Notes: generated from the sequence alone by a model not told the origin. A stretch of 64,000 bases of DNA from Candidatus Ghiorseimicrobium undicola (GCA_002796125.1 PCWA01000075.1:10317-74316), one strand, 5' to 3'. Counted from the stretch's first letter, positions 37,302 to 46,348 are shown. A program made the numbers and translations.

Positions 37302-37323
37302 ATTCAAACGTCTATCGTCCAAC

Positions 37324-37409
37324 GGTTGCGTAACTGGAAACGCTTATCGCTAATCGTAAAACGTAAAACTGATAAACGAAATACGAATGACGTTTCGAGC
37401 TACGCAACC
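37324..37409. mobile_element. 86-bp TIR element (family B), copy 2
   Basis: GGTTGCGTAACTGGAAA ... TTTCGAGCTACGCAACC; same length and core as 973-1058. Confidence 0.78.
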
Positions 37410-37439
37410 GATAGCCGCATAACGAGATTCAAAACCTTA

Positions 37440-38039
37440 TTACTCTCTACTTGCTGCTATTTTAACTATTTCTTCCGCCTTTTCCTTAACCGCTTCTATT
37501 ACGGCGCGGGATGAAATCGTCGCCCCGGTAATAGTTTCAACTTTATCTAACTTATTAATAGCCTTATTGCTGAATCTTTCTTCAAACCATGGCTTACTTT
37601 TTTCTTCTTTTTTCGCCTTACCGGTTAAAACTTCCAGCAAAGTAGTTTGGACGGCAAGCTCTGCTATCTTCGCCCCTAATCCCGGAGTCTCAGCCTGAGA
37701 GAGTATTTTAATACCTTTTATATTCCCCTGCGTATCCATGCCCACCATAATTTCAATAAGACTTGAATATCCGTAACGCGAAGCTATAAAACAGCAACCG
37801 ATTATCTTGTCTGCGTTATTATCCAAAGCCTTGTAAAAAATTACCTCATTGGCGCGATTTTTTACGGCTTCAAAACTAAATGCTTCTGGCATAACTTCAC
37901 GGAGCGCCTCTTGTTCTTCCTTTTGTTTCTGAAAAGCGATTTTTTCTTTTGTAATAAAGTTGCTTCCGGAAAGGAACACGGCAGCGATAAAACATATCAA
38001 AAAAAGTATCAAGCTGAATTTAATAATATCTTTATTCAT
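37440..38039 (-). CDS. rnfG: Rnf complex subunit G
   Basis: N-terminal TM, ETPGLG, ITGATISS FMN motif. Confidence 0.94.
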   Translation of the reverse strand: MNKDIIKFSLILFLICFIAAVFLSGSNFITKEKIAFQKQKEEQEALREVMPEAFSFEAVKNRANEVIFYKALDNNADKIIGCCFIASRYGYSSLIEIMVGMDTQGNIKGIKILSQAETPGLGAKIAELAVQTTLLEVLTGKAKKEEKSKPWFEERFSNKAINKLDKVETITGATISSRAVIEAVKEKAEEIVKIAASRE

Positions 38040-38047
38040 TATAAATC

Positions 38048-39322
38048 TTATCTCTTAATCTTTGTTTTTGCGTATTTTACCGCCTGGACTATTTTCCTGT
38101 TGACCGGGCAGCTATAAGAACAAAGCCCGCACTCAACGCAATCAAGCGCGCCGTATTCCTTTGCCAAATCCCATTTTTCAGATGCAACAGCCATGCTAAT
38201 CAAAGCCGGCGTAAGCCCCATCGGGCAGTTTTTAACGCACTCTCCGCAACGCAGGCAAATCCCCTCTTGCGCTTCTTTAACTTCGTCTTCCGATAAAACT
38301 AATATGCCGCTGGTCCCTTTGATTACAGGAAAATCATCGCTAAATTGCGCGATACCCATCATCGGCCCGCCCATAATTATTTTTTTTGCCTCTTTTTTTA
38401 ATGGCCCGCAAAAAGATATTAAATCTTTCACAGGTGTGCCTATTCTGACTTTTAAATTTCCGGGATTTTTTAAAATATCGCCCGTTACCGTAACCAGTCT
38501 TTCATAAAGCGGTTTATTTTTATATACCGCCTCAAATACGGCAAAGCAGGTGGCGACATTATGCACTACTGCCCCCACATCTAAAGGCAATTTTCCCGAA
38601 GGAACCTTACGCCTTAATACGGAATAAATTAACTGCTTCTCCGCGCCCTGGGGATATTTAGTCTTTAAGACCCGTATTGTGTATTGAGTATTAAGTATCG
38701 CGTTTTTGAAAACAGAAATTGCTTCCGCTTTGTTATCTTCAATTGCGATATAAATATTTTTAACGTTTAATATTTTGGCAATTATCTCGATGCCTTTTAA
38801 TATTCCTTCAGATTCTTCAATCATCAGCCGGTTATCGCTAGTTAAATACGGCTCGCATTCCGCGCCGTTTATGATAAGGCTATCTACCGGCTTAGGGGGA
38901 GAAAGCTTTATATGCGTAGGAAATGTGGCGCCTCCCATTCCGACAATACCGGCATTTTTTATCAAAAGGCGAAGCTCATCAGGACTAAAGCTATTTATCC
39001 TGCTTTTATCTAATAATGGAAATTGCTCCTCTGTCAAATTAATGTCGCGCTCTATTGTTATGGCCGTACTTTTTCCCAAGATGGGATGCGCGTATTCGCC
39101 TATGGCGGTAATTTTGCCGCTTATAGAGGCATGGACAGGGCTGCTAACGCTTGCCTCGGCACAGGCAAGAAGCTGGCCGGTTTTTACTGTATCATTTATT
39201 TTTACCTTTAGAATATCACAAGGCCTGCCGATATGCTGGATTAAAGGAATATAAGCCTTTTCAGGCAAAGGCATGGCTTTTATAGCTATATTTTCTGTTA
39301 ATTCCTTATTTTCTTTTATCAT
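38048..39322 (-). CDS. rnfC: Rnf complex subunit C
   Basis: QHIG, HASISG, GIVGMGGATFPT, NGAECEPYLTSD, YPQGAEKQL, GGPMMG, two 4Fe-4S motifs. Confidence 0.95.
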   Translation of the reverse strand: MIKENKELTENIAIKAMPLPEKAYIPLIQHIGRPCDILKVKINDTVKTGQLLACAEASVSSPVHASISGKITAIGEYAHPILGKSTAITIERDINLTEEQFPLLDKSRINSFSPDELRLLIKNAGIVGMGGATFPTHIKLSPPKPVDSLIINGAECEPYLTSDNRLMIEESEGILKGIEIIAKILNVKNIYIAIEDNKAEAISVFKNAILNTQYTIRVLKTKYPQGAEKQLIYSVLRRKVPSGKLPLDVGAVVHNVATCFAVFEAVYKNKPLYERLVTVTGDILKNPGNLKVRIGTPVKDLISFCGPLKKEAKKIIMGGPMMGIAQFSDDFPVIKGTSGILVLSEDEVKEAQEGICLRCGECVKNCPMGLTPALISMAVASEKWDLAKEYGALDCVECGLCSYSCPVNRKIVQAVKYAKTKIKR

Positions 39323-39323
39323 C

Positions 39324-39645
39324 TAATGAACGCATTAGGCCCATCCTTTAAATGTATCAGGATGGCCTATCCTTGTGGATAACTTACGGAGTTCGAAGAA
39401 CGACGTAAGTTATTTGCGCGAATTACTCCGCGGAATATTGAAAAATTATCGAAGAGAATTTTTCAATGTTTATGCAGCGAAGCATGAACCCATCCGCCTT
39501 ACGGCGAGATATGGGCGAATTATCCCGAAGCCTGCGAAGTAAATTTCGAAGAAATTTACGAGTGTTTAGGCGAGGGAACATTATTAATACTAATGGGCAC
39601 ATAAGTTACGGAGGCGCAGCCGACGTAACTTATAAGCGCGAATTA
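39324..39645 (+). repeat. Mosaic of at least 5 abutting or nested hairpin elements (families D and E)
   Basis: D 39324-39425 (with a nested hairpin), E-like 39424-39483, short D 39484-39522, E 39523-39577, D 39591-39645. Confidence 0.82.
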
Positions 39646-40985
39646 TTCCGTGAAGATTCATTTATCAAACTTAAAATCCCAAAAAGCGCAAGAATTACGC
39701 CCGCGCCAATGAGAATCTTTGCCTGCCCTAATTTATCAGCCAAAAATGCGCTCAAAAGCATACAAACCAAAAATGCCAAATGTATAACAATTTCTACAGA
39801 ACTAAACACCTTTCCACGCATCTCATCATGGCTTAATTGATGTATCAGTGTGTTGCAGGCGGTTATTATCGGAGAAATGACAACCCCCAATACAATCGCC
39901 AATACCGCCGCCACTAAAAAATGCGGGTTACTCTTTAATATAAAACTAAAAGCTATCAAAGTAAACCCCACGCAAGACAGTGATAAAAATATCGTCTTAA
40001 ATAATGCAACCCTGTGGCCGAATCTGCCGTAAATAATCGAACCAAAGAATAATCCGCCAGCCAAAAACATAGCCAACAACCCTAAATCCTTAGTTGCTGA
40101 ATGTAACGCCTGCTGCACAAAAACTATAATTACGGTATTGACACTTCCTAGGGCAGCCCCCAATAAAAAAAGTACACCGATAATATAACGTAACTCTTTA
40201 TGTTTAATAAGATAAAAAAATCCTTCCTTCATTTCGCTGAATACCGATTTACGTATAACTTCTAAAACTCCCCGGCTTACGTTAATCAAGCTCTCTTTCT
40301 GAGAGGTTGCGATTCTTTTACTAATCAGAAAAATTAAAAAGGCGGAAATAAAAAAAGTTAAGCTATCTAAATAAAATCCCCCCTCTACGCCTATCCAAGC
40401 AGGAGAAACAAGTATCCCGCTTAAGCCTAATCCAAAAGCAGCGGCAATCATACCGGTAGTAGCAACTAAAGAATTAGCCAGAAGCAGGCTGCCTTTATCC
40501 ACCAAATCCGGGACTATTGCCATTTTCGCCGGAACGAAAAACCTTGAAATGCAAAAAATTATAAACACTATTAAATATATAGGGAAAAAAGAACGCTTAT
40601 AAAAGAACGCCAGAGGTATTAGCAATACAAGCACACACCGCAAAAGATCGCAAATATACATTGTCTTACGCCGGTCCCACCTGTCAACATAGACCCCGGC
40701 TACAGGGCCGATAATAAATACAGGAATAATAGTAAAAGAAATTATCTTGGCCAGCTGCAGAGCCGAACCCGGGGCGCGCTGATAGACAAGGGCGATAAGA
40801 GCCATTTGATTTAGCCGATCGCCAAATTGTGAAATTATCTGCCCCAGCCAAAGAAGAAAAAAATTCCTATTTTTTAAAATTTTCCTAAACCCTGCTCCTG
40901 ATAGGGCATCTTTCGATGGCCGTAAATTTTGTTTATTCTCCGAAGAAGGAATTTTATTTTTGCTGGAAATATTACTGCAATCCAT
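39630..40985 (-). CDS. MFS transporter (DHA3/H+ antiporter-like)
   Basis: NFFLLWLGQIISQFGDRL, GVYVDRWDRRK, ~12 TMs, RGKVF. Confidence 0.9.
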   Translation of the reverse strand: MDCSNISSKNKIPSSENKQNLRPSKDALSGAGFRKILKNRNFFLLWLGQIISQFGDRLNQMALIALVYQRAPGSALQLAKIISFTIIPVFIIGPVAGVYVDRWDRRKTMYICDLLRCVLVLLIPLAFFYKRSFFPIYLIVFIIFCISRFFVPAKMAIVPDLVDKGSLLLANSLVATTGMIAAAFGLGLSGILVSPAWIGVEGGFYLDSLTFFISAFLIFLISKRIATSQKESLINVSRGVLEVIRKSVFSEMKEGFFYLIKHKELRYIIGVLFLLGAALGSVNTVIIVFVQQALHSATKDLGLLAMFLAGGLFFGSIIYGRFGHRVALFKTIFLSLSCVGFTLIAFSFILKSNPHFLVAAVLAIVLGVVISPIITACNTLIHQLSHDEMRGKVFSSVEIVIHLAFLVCMLLSAFLADKLGQAKILIGAGVILALFGILSLINESSRNNSRL

Positions 40986-41044
40986 AAACGCACCTTTTTA
41001 TCTCTAGCAGAATAAATCTTGCCATATTTTCCCAAGGAAAAATC

Positions 41045-41117
41045 AGCCGATGAGAGGAATCGAACCTCCGGCCCGCGCTTTACGAAAGCGCTGCTCTGCC
41101 AACTGAGCTACATCGGC
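41045..41117 (-). tRNA. tRNA-Thr(CGT), CCA not encoded
   Basis: GCCGATGTAGCTCAGTTGGCAGAGCAGCGCTTT-CGT-AAAGCGCGGGCCGGAGGTTCGATTCCTCTCATCGGCT cloverleaf. Confidence 0.95.
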
Positions 41118-41131
41118 AAACTTGAAGTAAT

Positions 41132-41160
41132 ATAATATCAAATTTAGGCAATATTGCCAA
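41132..41160 (-). promoter_or_regulatory. Predicted sigma70 promoter for tRNA-Thr
   Basis: TTGGCA-N17-TATTAT with TGn, 14 bp upstream of the tRNA. Confidence 0.7.
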
Positions 41161-41175
41161 TATTTTTGATTAGGA

Positions 41176-41322
41176 GGTAGTATGCTGAAAATTATGTAAA
41201 TTCATGCTGGCTTGGGCTGATTTTGAGCAGGGCGTAACGCAGGCCGAGCGCCTGCGAAAAATAAGGCCGAGCCAGCGGCCATGTTAATCCGCTATAATTT
41301 ACACAATTTATTCTAGACAACC
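41176..41322. mobile_element. MITE family M copy 3 (147 bp, internal deletion), 9-bp TSD TGATTAGGA
   Basis: Perfect direct repeats 41167-41175 and 41323-41331; closely similar to copy 2 without its central domain. Confidence 0.9.
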
Positions 41323-41334
41323 TGATTAGGATGT

Positions 41335-41982
41335 TCAGATAAAAAATATCTGCGAAGGGCCTTTGTCTTTTGAATCGATTAATGCCTTTATAGATTCCTG
41401 AATACGCAAAAACTGCCCGGAAGCAATCCAGTCTTTTCTAAAAATGCTTGCGCCAAAAGCAACGGCCGATGCGCCATTTGAAAAAAATAAACCGATATTT
41501 TTAATATTTACTCCTCCGCAGGCAAGAAGTTCAATCTGGGGGAAAGGCCCTTTTATCTCTCTAAAATATTCCGGCCCAAAGAACTTTGCCGGGAATACCT
41601 TGACCATGCTAGCTCCTAAGCACCAGGCATTATATATTTCTTGGGGAGTCAGCGCGCCGGCAAATACCGGAATTTTGTTTTTGGCGCAATATTGAACAAC
41701 ATCTACCGCCAATGTTGGCATAACAATAAATCCCGCGCCGTTATCTAACGCTTTTTTCAAATCATCAACCGTTAAAACCGTCCCTGCCCCCACTATAAGC
41801 TTTTTACCCGATAACTCAACGATTTTGGCTAAAATCTGCGGAGCCTTATACGTATTCATGGCAAGTTCTATGGTTTTAAGCCCGGAAGATAAAATAGCGC
41901 TTACCAGCTCATCAAGCCTATCCATCTTTATGCCGCGCAATATCCCCATTATTGGAAGTTTCTTAAATTCTTTTATGTCCAC
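41335..41982 (-). CDS. eda: KDPG/KHG aldolase
   Basis: GILRG, VGAGTVL, TPQEI, VKVFPA, KGPFP, CGGV. Confidence 0.9.
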   Translation of the reverse strand: MDIKEFKKLPIMGILRGIKMDRLDELVSAILSSGLKTIELAMNTYKAPQILAKIVELSGKKLIVGAGTVLTVDDLKKALDNGAGFIVMPTLAVDVVQYCAKNKIPVFAGALTPQEIYNAWCLGASMVKVFPAKFFGPEYFREIKGPFPQIELLACGGVNIKNIGLFFSNGASAVAFGASIFRKDWIASGQFLRIQESIKALIDSKDKGPSQIFFI

Positions 41983-42031
41983 GCGTTTTTTTAGCTAAGC
42001 CGTACCGCCTGATAGCCGATAGGGGTTAGGC

Positions 42032-42982
42032 CTATTCTATGCCGATATTAGTCAGGCTTTCATAAAACTGACGGTAATTTTCCTTATTTTTACCCTTACG
42101 CAGCGCCATCGCCGCACGAGGATGTTCATTCATCATCCCGGATATGGCATAAGGTATAATGTAGCCCCATTCAATCTTGTCCCTTAAAGGAATAAATTCA
42201 TTGGATATTAAATCTAAAATCGGCCTTATATCAAACTTTGGATTCTTCAAAAAACCTATTAGAAGTTCAAGCGGGCAGTTACCTGCGGCACGCCCTATGC
42301 CATATACCGTGGCATCAAGGTAATTAGCATTATGGATTATAGCCTCAATCGTATTGGCGAAAGCAAGCTGTTGATTATTATGCCCGTGGAATCCGACTTC
42401 CTTGGTCTTTATAATATTTTTGAATTTTTTGACCAAATATTCAACCGGTTCCTGATACAGGTAACCAAAGCTATCCACGATATAAACAACATCAACCTTG
42501 CTTTCTTTTTCAATTTGCGCAAGCGCTTCATCCAATTCCGGGCCCATATCTTTGGATATCGCCATTATATTAATTGTTGTCTCATACCCCTTGTCCGCAA
42601 AGCTATTTACCATGAATATGGCTTTATCTATATCTTTGACATAAGCTGCCACCCTGATCATATCTACGGGGCTTTCTTTTTTCGGTTTTATATTATCAAT
42701 ATTTACCCGGCCGACATCGACCATTACGGATATTTTAATCTGTGATTCTACGCCATCGATAACGCGCTTTATTTCCTCGTCATCACAAAATTTCCACTGG
42801 CCGTATTCGCTTGATGAAAAAAGCTCCCTGGAATTTTTATAGCCGATTTCCATATAATCTACTCCGGATTGCGATAAAGCCTTATATACATTACGTACAA
42901 AATTAAAATCAAAATCGTGATTATTTATAAGTCCGCCGTCACGGATAGTACAATCAAACACCTTAATCTTGGGCCTATACAT
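42032..42982 (-). CDS. DRE-TIM (HMGL-like) aldolase, 4-hydroxy-2-oxovalerate aldolase-like
   Basis: DCTIRDGG, YIVDSFG, GFHGHNNQQLAFAN, GIGRAAGNCPLE. Confidence 0.85.
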   Translation of the reverse strand: MYRPKIKVFDCTIRDGGLINNHDFDFNFVRNVYKALSQSGVDYMEIGYKNSRELFSSSEYGQWKFCDDEEIKRVIDGVESQIKISVMVDVGRVNIDNIKPKKESPVDMIRVAAYVKDIDKAIFMVNSFADKGYETTINIMAISKDMGPELDEALAQIEKESKVDVVYIVDSFGYLYQEPVEYLVKKFKNIIKTKEVGFHGHNNQQLAFANTIEAIIHNANYLDATVYGIGRAAGNCPLELLIGFLKNPKFDIRPILDLISNEFIPLRDKIEWGYIIPYAISGMMNEHPRAAMALRKGKNKENYRQFYESLTNIGIE

Positions 42983-43069
42983 TGCTCCTCCGATAGCTGA
43001 TGAATACTCCGCGGGATAATCTTCGCCGCAGACACCCCAGTTTGAAGCCGGGGGGCGTATGCGTCTTGA

Positions 43070-43342
43070 TTAAATCTTCCCGGATAACATAAGCAAACCG
43101 ATTATTATAAATAAAGACGCTCCGCAGTACTTGATAATAGCCGGACTCATATATTTTCCTAATACACTCCCAACCAAAACTGAAAATAAAGTAACCAGCA
43201 TGTAAGCGCAAACAGAGCCAAGCCATACACTTACAGGCTTGCCGGATTTAGCGCTCATGCCTATGCCGACTAATTGTGTTTTATCCGCAAGTTCCGCCAA
43301 AAATATAGCTGAAAATGTCGCTAAAAAAATCTTGATATCCAT
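43070..43342 (-). CDS. TMEM165/GDT1 (UPF0016) family half-size transporter
   Basis: IFLAELADKTQL signature, 3 TMs. Confidence 0.88.
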   Translation of the reverse strand: MDIKIFLATFSAIFLAELADKTQLVGIGMSAKSGKPVSVWLGSVCAYMLVTLFSVLVGSVLGKYMSPAIIKYCGASLFIIIGLLMLSGKI

Positions 43343-43372
43343 ATTGTCCTCTCTATTTATTTACTTAGGCGC

Positions 43373-43837
43373 CTACCAATACAGTTTTTCAAAGCGCTTG
43401 GAATAACGCTTAATCCATTCTTTGCTTGCGGCATTTAAAGACATTTTCCTGCCTAATTGCAGGCTGCGCAGCTTACGGTATTCATCTATAAGATAAATCT
43501 GCTCTATTAATTTTACCTGGAAAGCATCATGAATTTTGGCAAAACAAACTCCTATATTGTAGAGTTTTTCGCCGCCGGACTTATTGCAGCGCATAACTTT
43601 TGCCCTAACATTAAACAGGTTATTTTCAAGCGGCACCTCCAGCAAAAGCGGCTGTCCCTTTTTGATGCGGTAGCTCGATGAAAACAATAAACCTCCCCGG
43701 CTAACATCTATTGCCCTAGATTGCTCCTCCTTAACATCTTCCCCCTCCCACTTTCTAACCGCTTTATATTTGAGAGGAAAACACATCGGTTTTCGGATAA
43801 AACGCCTGCGCTCGCTTTGAATTTTAGTTTTTACCAT
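43373..43837 (-). CDS. PilZ domain protein with C-terminal helical extension
   Basis: RRRFIR (RxxxR) and DVSRGG (DxSxxG) c-di-GMP motifs. Confidence 0.85.
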   Translation of the reverse strand: MVKTKIQSERRRFIRKPMCFPLKYKAVRKWEGEDVKEEQSRAIDVSRGGLLFSSSYRIKKGQPLLLEVPLENNLFNVRAKVMRCNKSGGEKLYNIGVCFAKIHDAFQVKLIEQIYLIDEYRKLRSLQLGRKMSLNAASKEWIKRYSKRFEKLYW

Positions 43838-43848
43838 TTCGCCTCCTC

Positions 43849-43955
43849 AATGAACACATCCGCCGTAGGCAGACAAGTACGAATTTTCGCCGTAAGCGAA
43901 TCTCATGCCGTAGGCAGATCAGCCTGCGGCTGAAATCCCGAAGCCTACATAGTAA
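43849..43955 (+). repeat. Degenerate cluster of family D/E hairpins
   Basis: AAT-GA-ACAC-ATCCGCC-GTA-GGCAGAC..GTAC-GA-ATT, further GCC-GTA-GGC mini-hairpins, truncated ATCCCGAAGCCTAC. Confidence 0.6.
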
Positions 43956-43966
43956 TTTTAAAAAAT

Positions 43967-44665
43967 TTAAGCTTCAAATAAATCTCTGGGGATTTCTTTA
44001 AATTTGCAATCTGCCATTCTATTAAACCAATTACAATACTCGCAATCCTGATTTTGACGCGGGATATTTCCTTTAAGTAAATTTACAGCGTCAGAAAATG
44101 TATTTTTTATTCTCTCTAAACTCGTTTCCAGCCTAAACGGATTTATATTAAACCTTACTAATCCATCTCTTTCTATTTTTTGGGGAGAATAATAAACTAT
44201 GTAAGCGGAATCTTTAGTCTTGTAACCGTTAGAATTCAACAGTAACGCATAAGAATCAAGCTGCGTTTGATAATATTTCTCTGCTTCATTATTAGATGGC
44301 AGGCTTCCTTTAGTCTTATAGTCTAAAGGTATGTAACAACCCGCATCTACCAGGCAATCATCCAATGCCCCAAACAAAACCGCATCAAGCTCTTTATCAT
44401 AATACTCTAAGCCTGTGCGCCAATTACGCCATTTATCCATCAGGGCTGTGTCGGGCATCAGAATCCCATCTATTCTTCCTGTCAGTTCAGGCGGTAGTTT
44501 TCCTCTATATTTATCAAAATATTCCTTAATTACAGTATCCATTCCTATCGGCAAAGAAGGAAAAATCCCCCGCGGCCGCGCTAACTTTTTATTATAGTGC
44601 AGCCAAAAACAACGCTGGCAGTTCTTAAACAGGTTTAATCCGGTGGTAGGCGATATGCGTATCAT
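43967..44665 (-). CDS. PD-(D/E)XK nuclease, Cas4/AddB-like with 1+2 Cys
   Basis: SPT..NLFKNCQRCFW, GALDD, LDYKTKG, QLDSYALL, C-terminal CEYC. Confidence 0.85.
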   Translation of the reverse strand: MIRISPTTGLNLFKNCQRCFWLHYNKKLARPRGIFPSLPIGMDTVIKEYFDKYRGKLPPELTGRIDGILMPDTALMDKWRNWRTGLEYYDKELDAVLFGALDDCLVDAGCYIPLDYKTKGSLPSNNEAEKYYQTQLDSYALLLNSNGYKTKDSAYIVYYSPQKIERDGLVRFNINPFRLETSLERIKNTFSDAVNLLKGNIPRQNQDCEYCNWFNRMADCKFKEIPRDLFEA

Positions 44666-44689
44666 TTTTATATATTATCAGCGCAAGAT

Positions 44690-44929
44690 TTACTTAAACT
44701 CCTTAACTTCCTGCCTAATGTGGTTTAGGCGCTCTTCGAAATTATCTAATGCCGTATCCATATCACATACGGCAGAAACCAGTAGGCTGCGCCAGGCAAG
44801 ATTATCTTTACTTTTAGCTTCGATACGCGCCATCCTAGACTGCAGGTTAACTATTTTGTTATGAATCCTGCTACATTTTTTTTGCAACCGATTAATCTCT
44901 GATAATTTTGTTATCTTCTTTAAGCCCAT
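44690..44929 (-). CDS. Small hypothetical helical protein
   Basis: Co-oriented 79-aa ORF with GAGG RBS and heptad pattern. Confidence 0.6.
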   Translation of the reverse strand: MGLKKITKLSEINRLQKKCSRIHNKIVNLQSRMARIEAKSKDNLAWRSLLVSAVCDMDTALDNFEERLNHIRQEVKEFK

Positions 44930-44946
44930 AATTATTCCTGCCTCTT

Positions 44947-45357
44947 TTAAAAATAATTTGTTTTTAAAGATTGGGTTCCGGCTTTTTCCTGGATCTTAAT
45001 TTTATTCCAATTTTTGATTATTTCCCTGCTGGATTTTACCTTTACACCACTAAAGACATGTGGATGCCTTCGTTTTAACTTCGCTATCAATACCTCTAAA
45101 ACATCTTCAATGTTAAACTTTCCTTTCTTAGAGGCAATCTGCGAATGAAACATCACCTGTATCAATAAATCTCCCAACTCCTCCTTCATTTGAGCATAAT
45201 CATTATCATTTATCGCAGAGATTAACTCTCTTGCTTCTTGCCGTAAATAAGGAATGAGGGTTTTATGCGTTTGCTCTTTATCCCAAAGGCATCCGTCCGG
45301 GCCATGGAGGATTTCAAATATATTCTTAAGCTCGCTGAATTTAGTTTGTTTTTTCAT
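44947..45357 (-). CDS. Single-domain MazG-type NTP pyrophosphohydrolase
   Basis: [39 protein letters not shown]. Confidence 0.9.
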   Translation of the reverse strand: MKKQTKFSELKNIFEILHGPDGCLWDKEQTHKTLIPYLRQEARELISAINDNDYAQMKEELGDLLIQVMFHSQIASKKGKFNIEDVLEVLIAKLKRRHPHVFSGVKVKSSREIIKNWNKIKIQEKAGTQSLKTNYF

Positions 45358-45871
45358 TTAATTTAGCGTATACAGCTTTATAAATTTCAAAATCATGTTC
45401 TGAGAACAGAACAAAAATTATCTTATCGAAAGCTGCCTCATTCTCTTTAATAAAATACAGGGCTGTTTTTAAAGCTATGGGTGCGGCCAGACTTAAAGGG
45501 AAATGATAGGCCCCCGTAGAAATTGAAGGGAACGCTATCACTCTTAATTTATGCGCCTTTGCTATGCTTAGAGATTCGCGGTAACATGATGCCAGCAATT
45601 CTTCTTCATTATGTCCGCCGCCTGCCCATACCGGTCCTACCGCATGAATAATGTAGCGCGCAGGCAGATTATATCCGCTGGTAATCTTGGCATAACCCGT
45701 ATCACAACCGCCTAATTTCATGCATTCGACAAGCAAATCCGGCCCTGCCGCCCGATGTATCGCCCCGTCTACCCCTCCTCCGCCCAATAACGTCCGGTTT
45801 GCGGCGTTTACAATAACGTCACAGTTTACCCGCGTAATATCCCCTTTTACAAATTCAATTTCTGTATTCAT
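45341..45871 (-). CDS. Macrodomain O-acetyl-ADP-ribose deacetylase (YmdB-like)
   Basis: [35 protein letters not shown]. Confidence 0.94.
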   Translation of the reverse strand: MNTEIEFVKGDITRVNCDVIVNAANRTLLGGGGVDGAIHRAAGPDLLVECMKLGGCDTGYAKITSGYNLPARYIIHAVGPVWAGGGHNEEELLASCYRESLSIAKAHKLRVIAFPSISTGAYHFPLSLAAPIALKTALYFIKENEAAFDKIIFVLFSEHDFEIYKAVYAKLNEKTN

Positions 45872-45893
45872 GCCTTAGATAAAAATAAGCCTG

Positions 45894-46316
45894 CTAGATT
45901 ACATTGCTGTCCGTCTTTAACAATAAACTTTTGAAGCGCGGATCCAGATGAATAAAATTAAGATCGGGGTCGGCCTTCATAAAATCAAAATCCGAATAAC
46001 CCAATTCTATCGCTTTTTTAAGCGCAGAAATACATTCATCCGCCATCTTCAGCAAAGAATAGCTACAGGCAAGATTGTAATGAATCACGGGATCGCCGGG
46101 CTTCATCTGCGAAAGCTTCAGATCGACTTTTAAACCGTCTTCATAACGGCCGCTTTTGGTGTAATTATCTCCCAAGGCAATTAAAGCAGTTATGAAATTA
46201 GGGCTATCTTTAAGTAATTTTTCATAAAAGCGTATTTCAAAATCCAGATTTTCCGGCTTATTTATTTTTTGCTCCATAACCGCTATATTTAACCTTCCGG
46301 CATTAAGCCACGACAT
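45894..46316 (-). CDS. TPR protein
   Basis: ALIALGDNYT..G, HYNLACSYSL, DPDL..DPRF C-terminal motif. Confidence 0.8.
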   Translation of the reverse strand: MSWLNAGRLNIAVMEQKINKPENLDFEIRFYEKLLKDSPNFITALIALGDNYTKSGRYEDGLKVDLKLSQMKPGDPVIHYNLACSYSLLKMADECISALKKAIELGYSDFDFMKADPDLNFIHLDPRFKSLLLKTDSNVI

Positions 46317-46348
46317 TCCTTTTTATATATTTTACCCCTAAATAGTCA

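Noticed and set aside
39336-39365. Peptide DTFKG upstream of rnfC resembling a lost RnfC N-terminus
   Set aside because: Followed by an in-frame stop and part of a nested hairpin; likely coincidence.
39324-39645. Possible CRISPR array in the repeat mosaics, with the Cas4-like nuclease at 43967
   Set aside because: No identical direct repeats with regular unique spacers and no cas1/cas2; stand-alone PD-(D/E)XK proteins are common.
39466-39840. 124-aa + strand ORF, and the similar 57991..58443 ORF
   Set aside because: Translations of the hairpin mosaics running antisense into real genes.
42985-43372. yybP-ykoY Mn riboswitch or another riboswitch near the GDT1 gene
   Set aside because: Only 30 bp lie upstream of the gene; the downstream hairpin CACCCCAGTTTGAAGCCGGGGGGCG lacks a riboswitch consensus I recognise.
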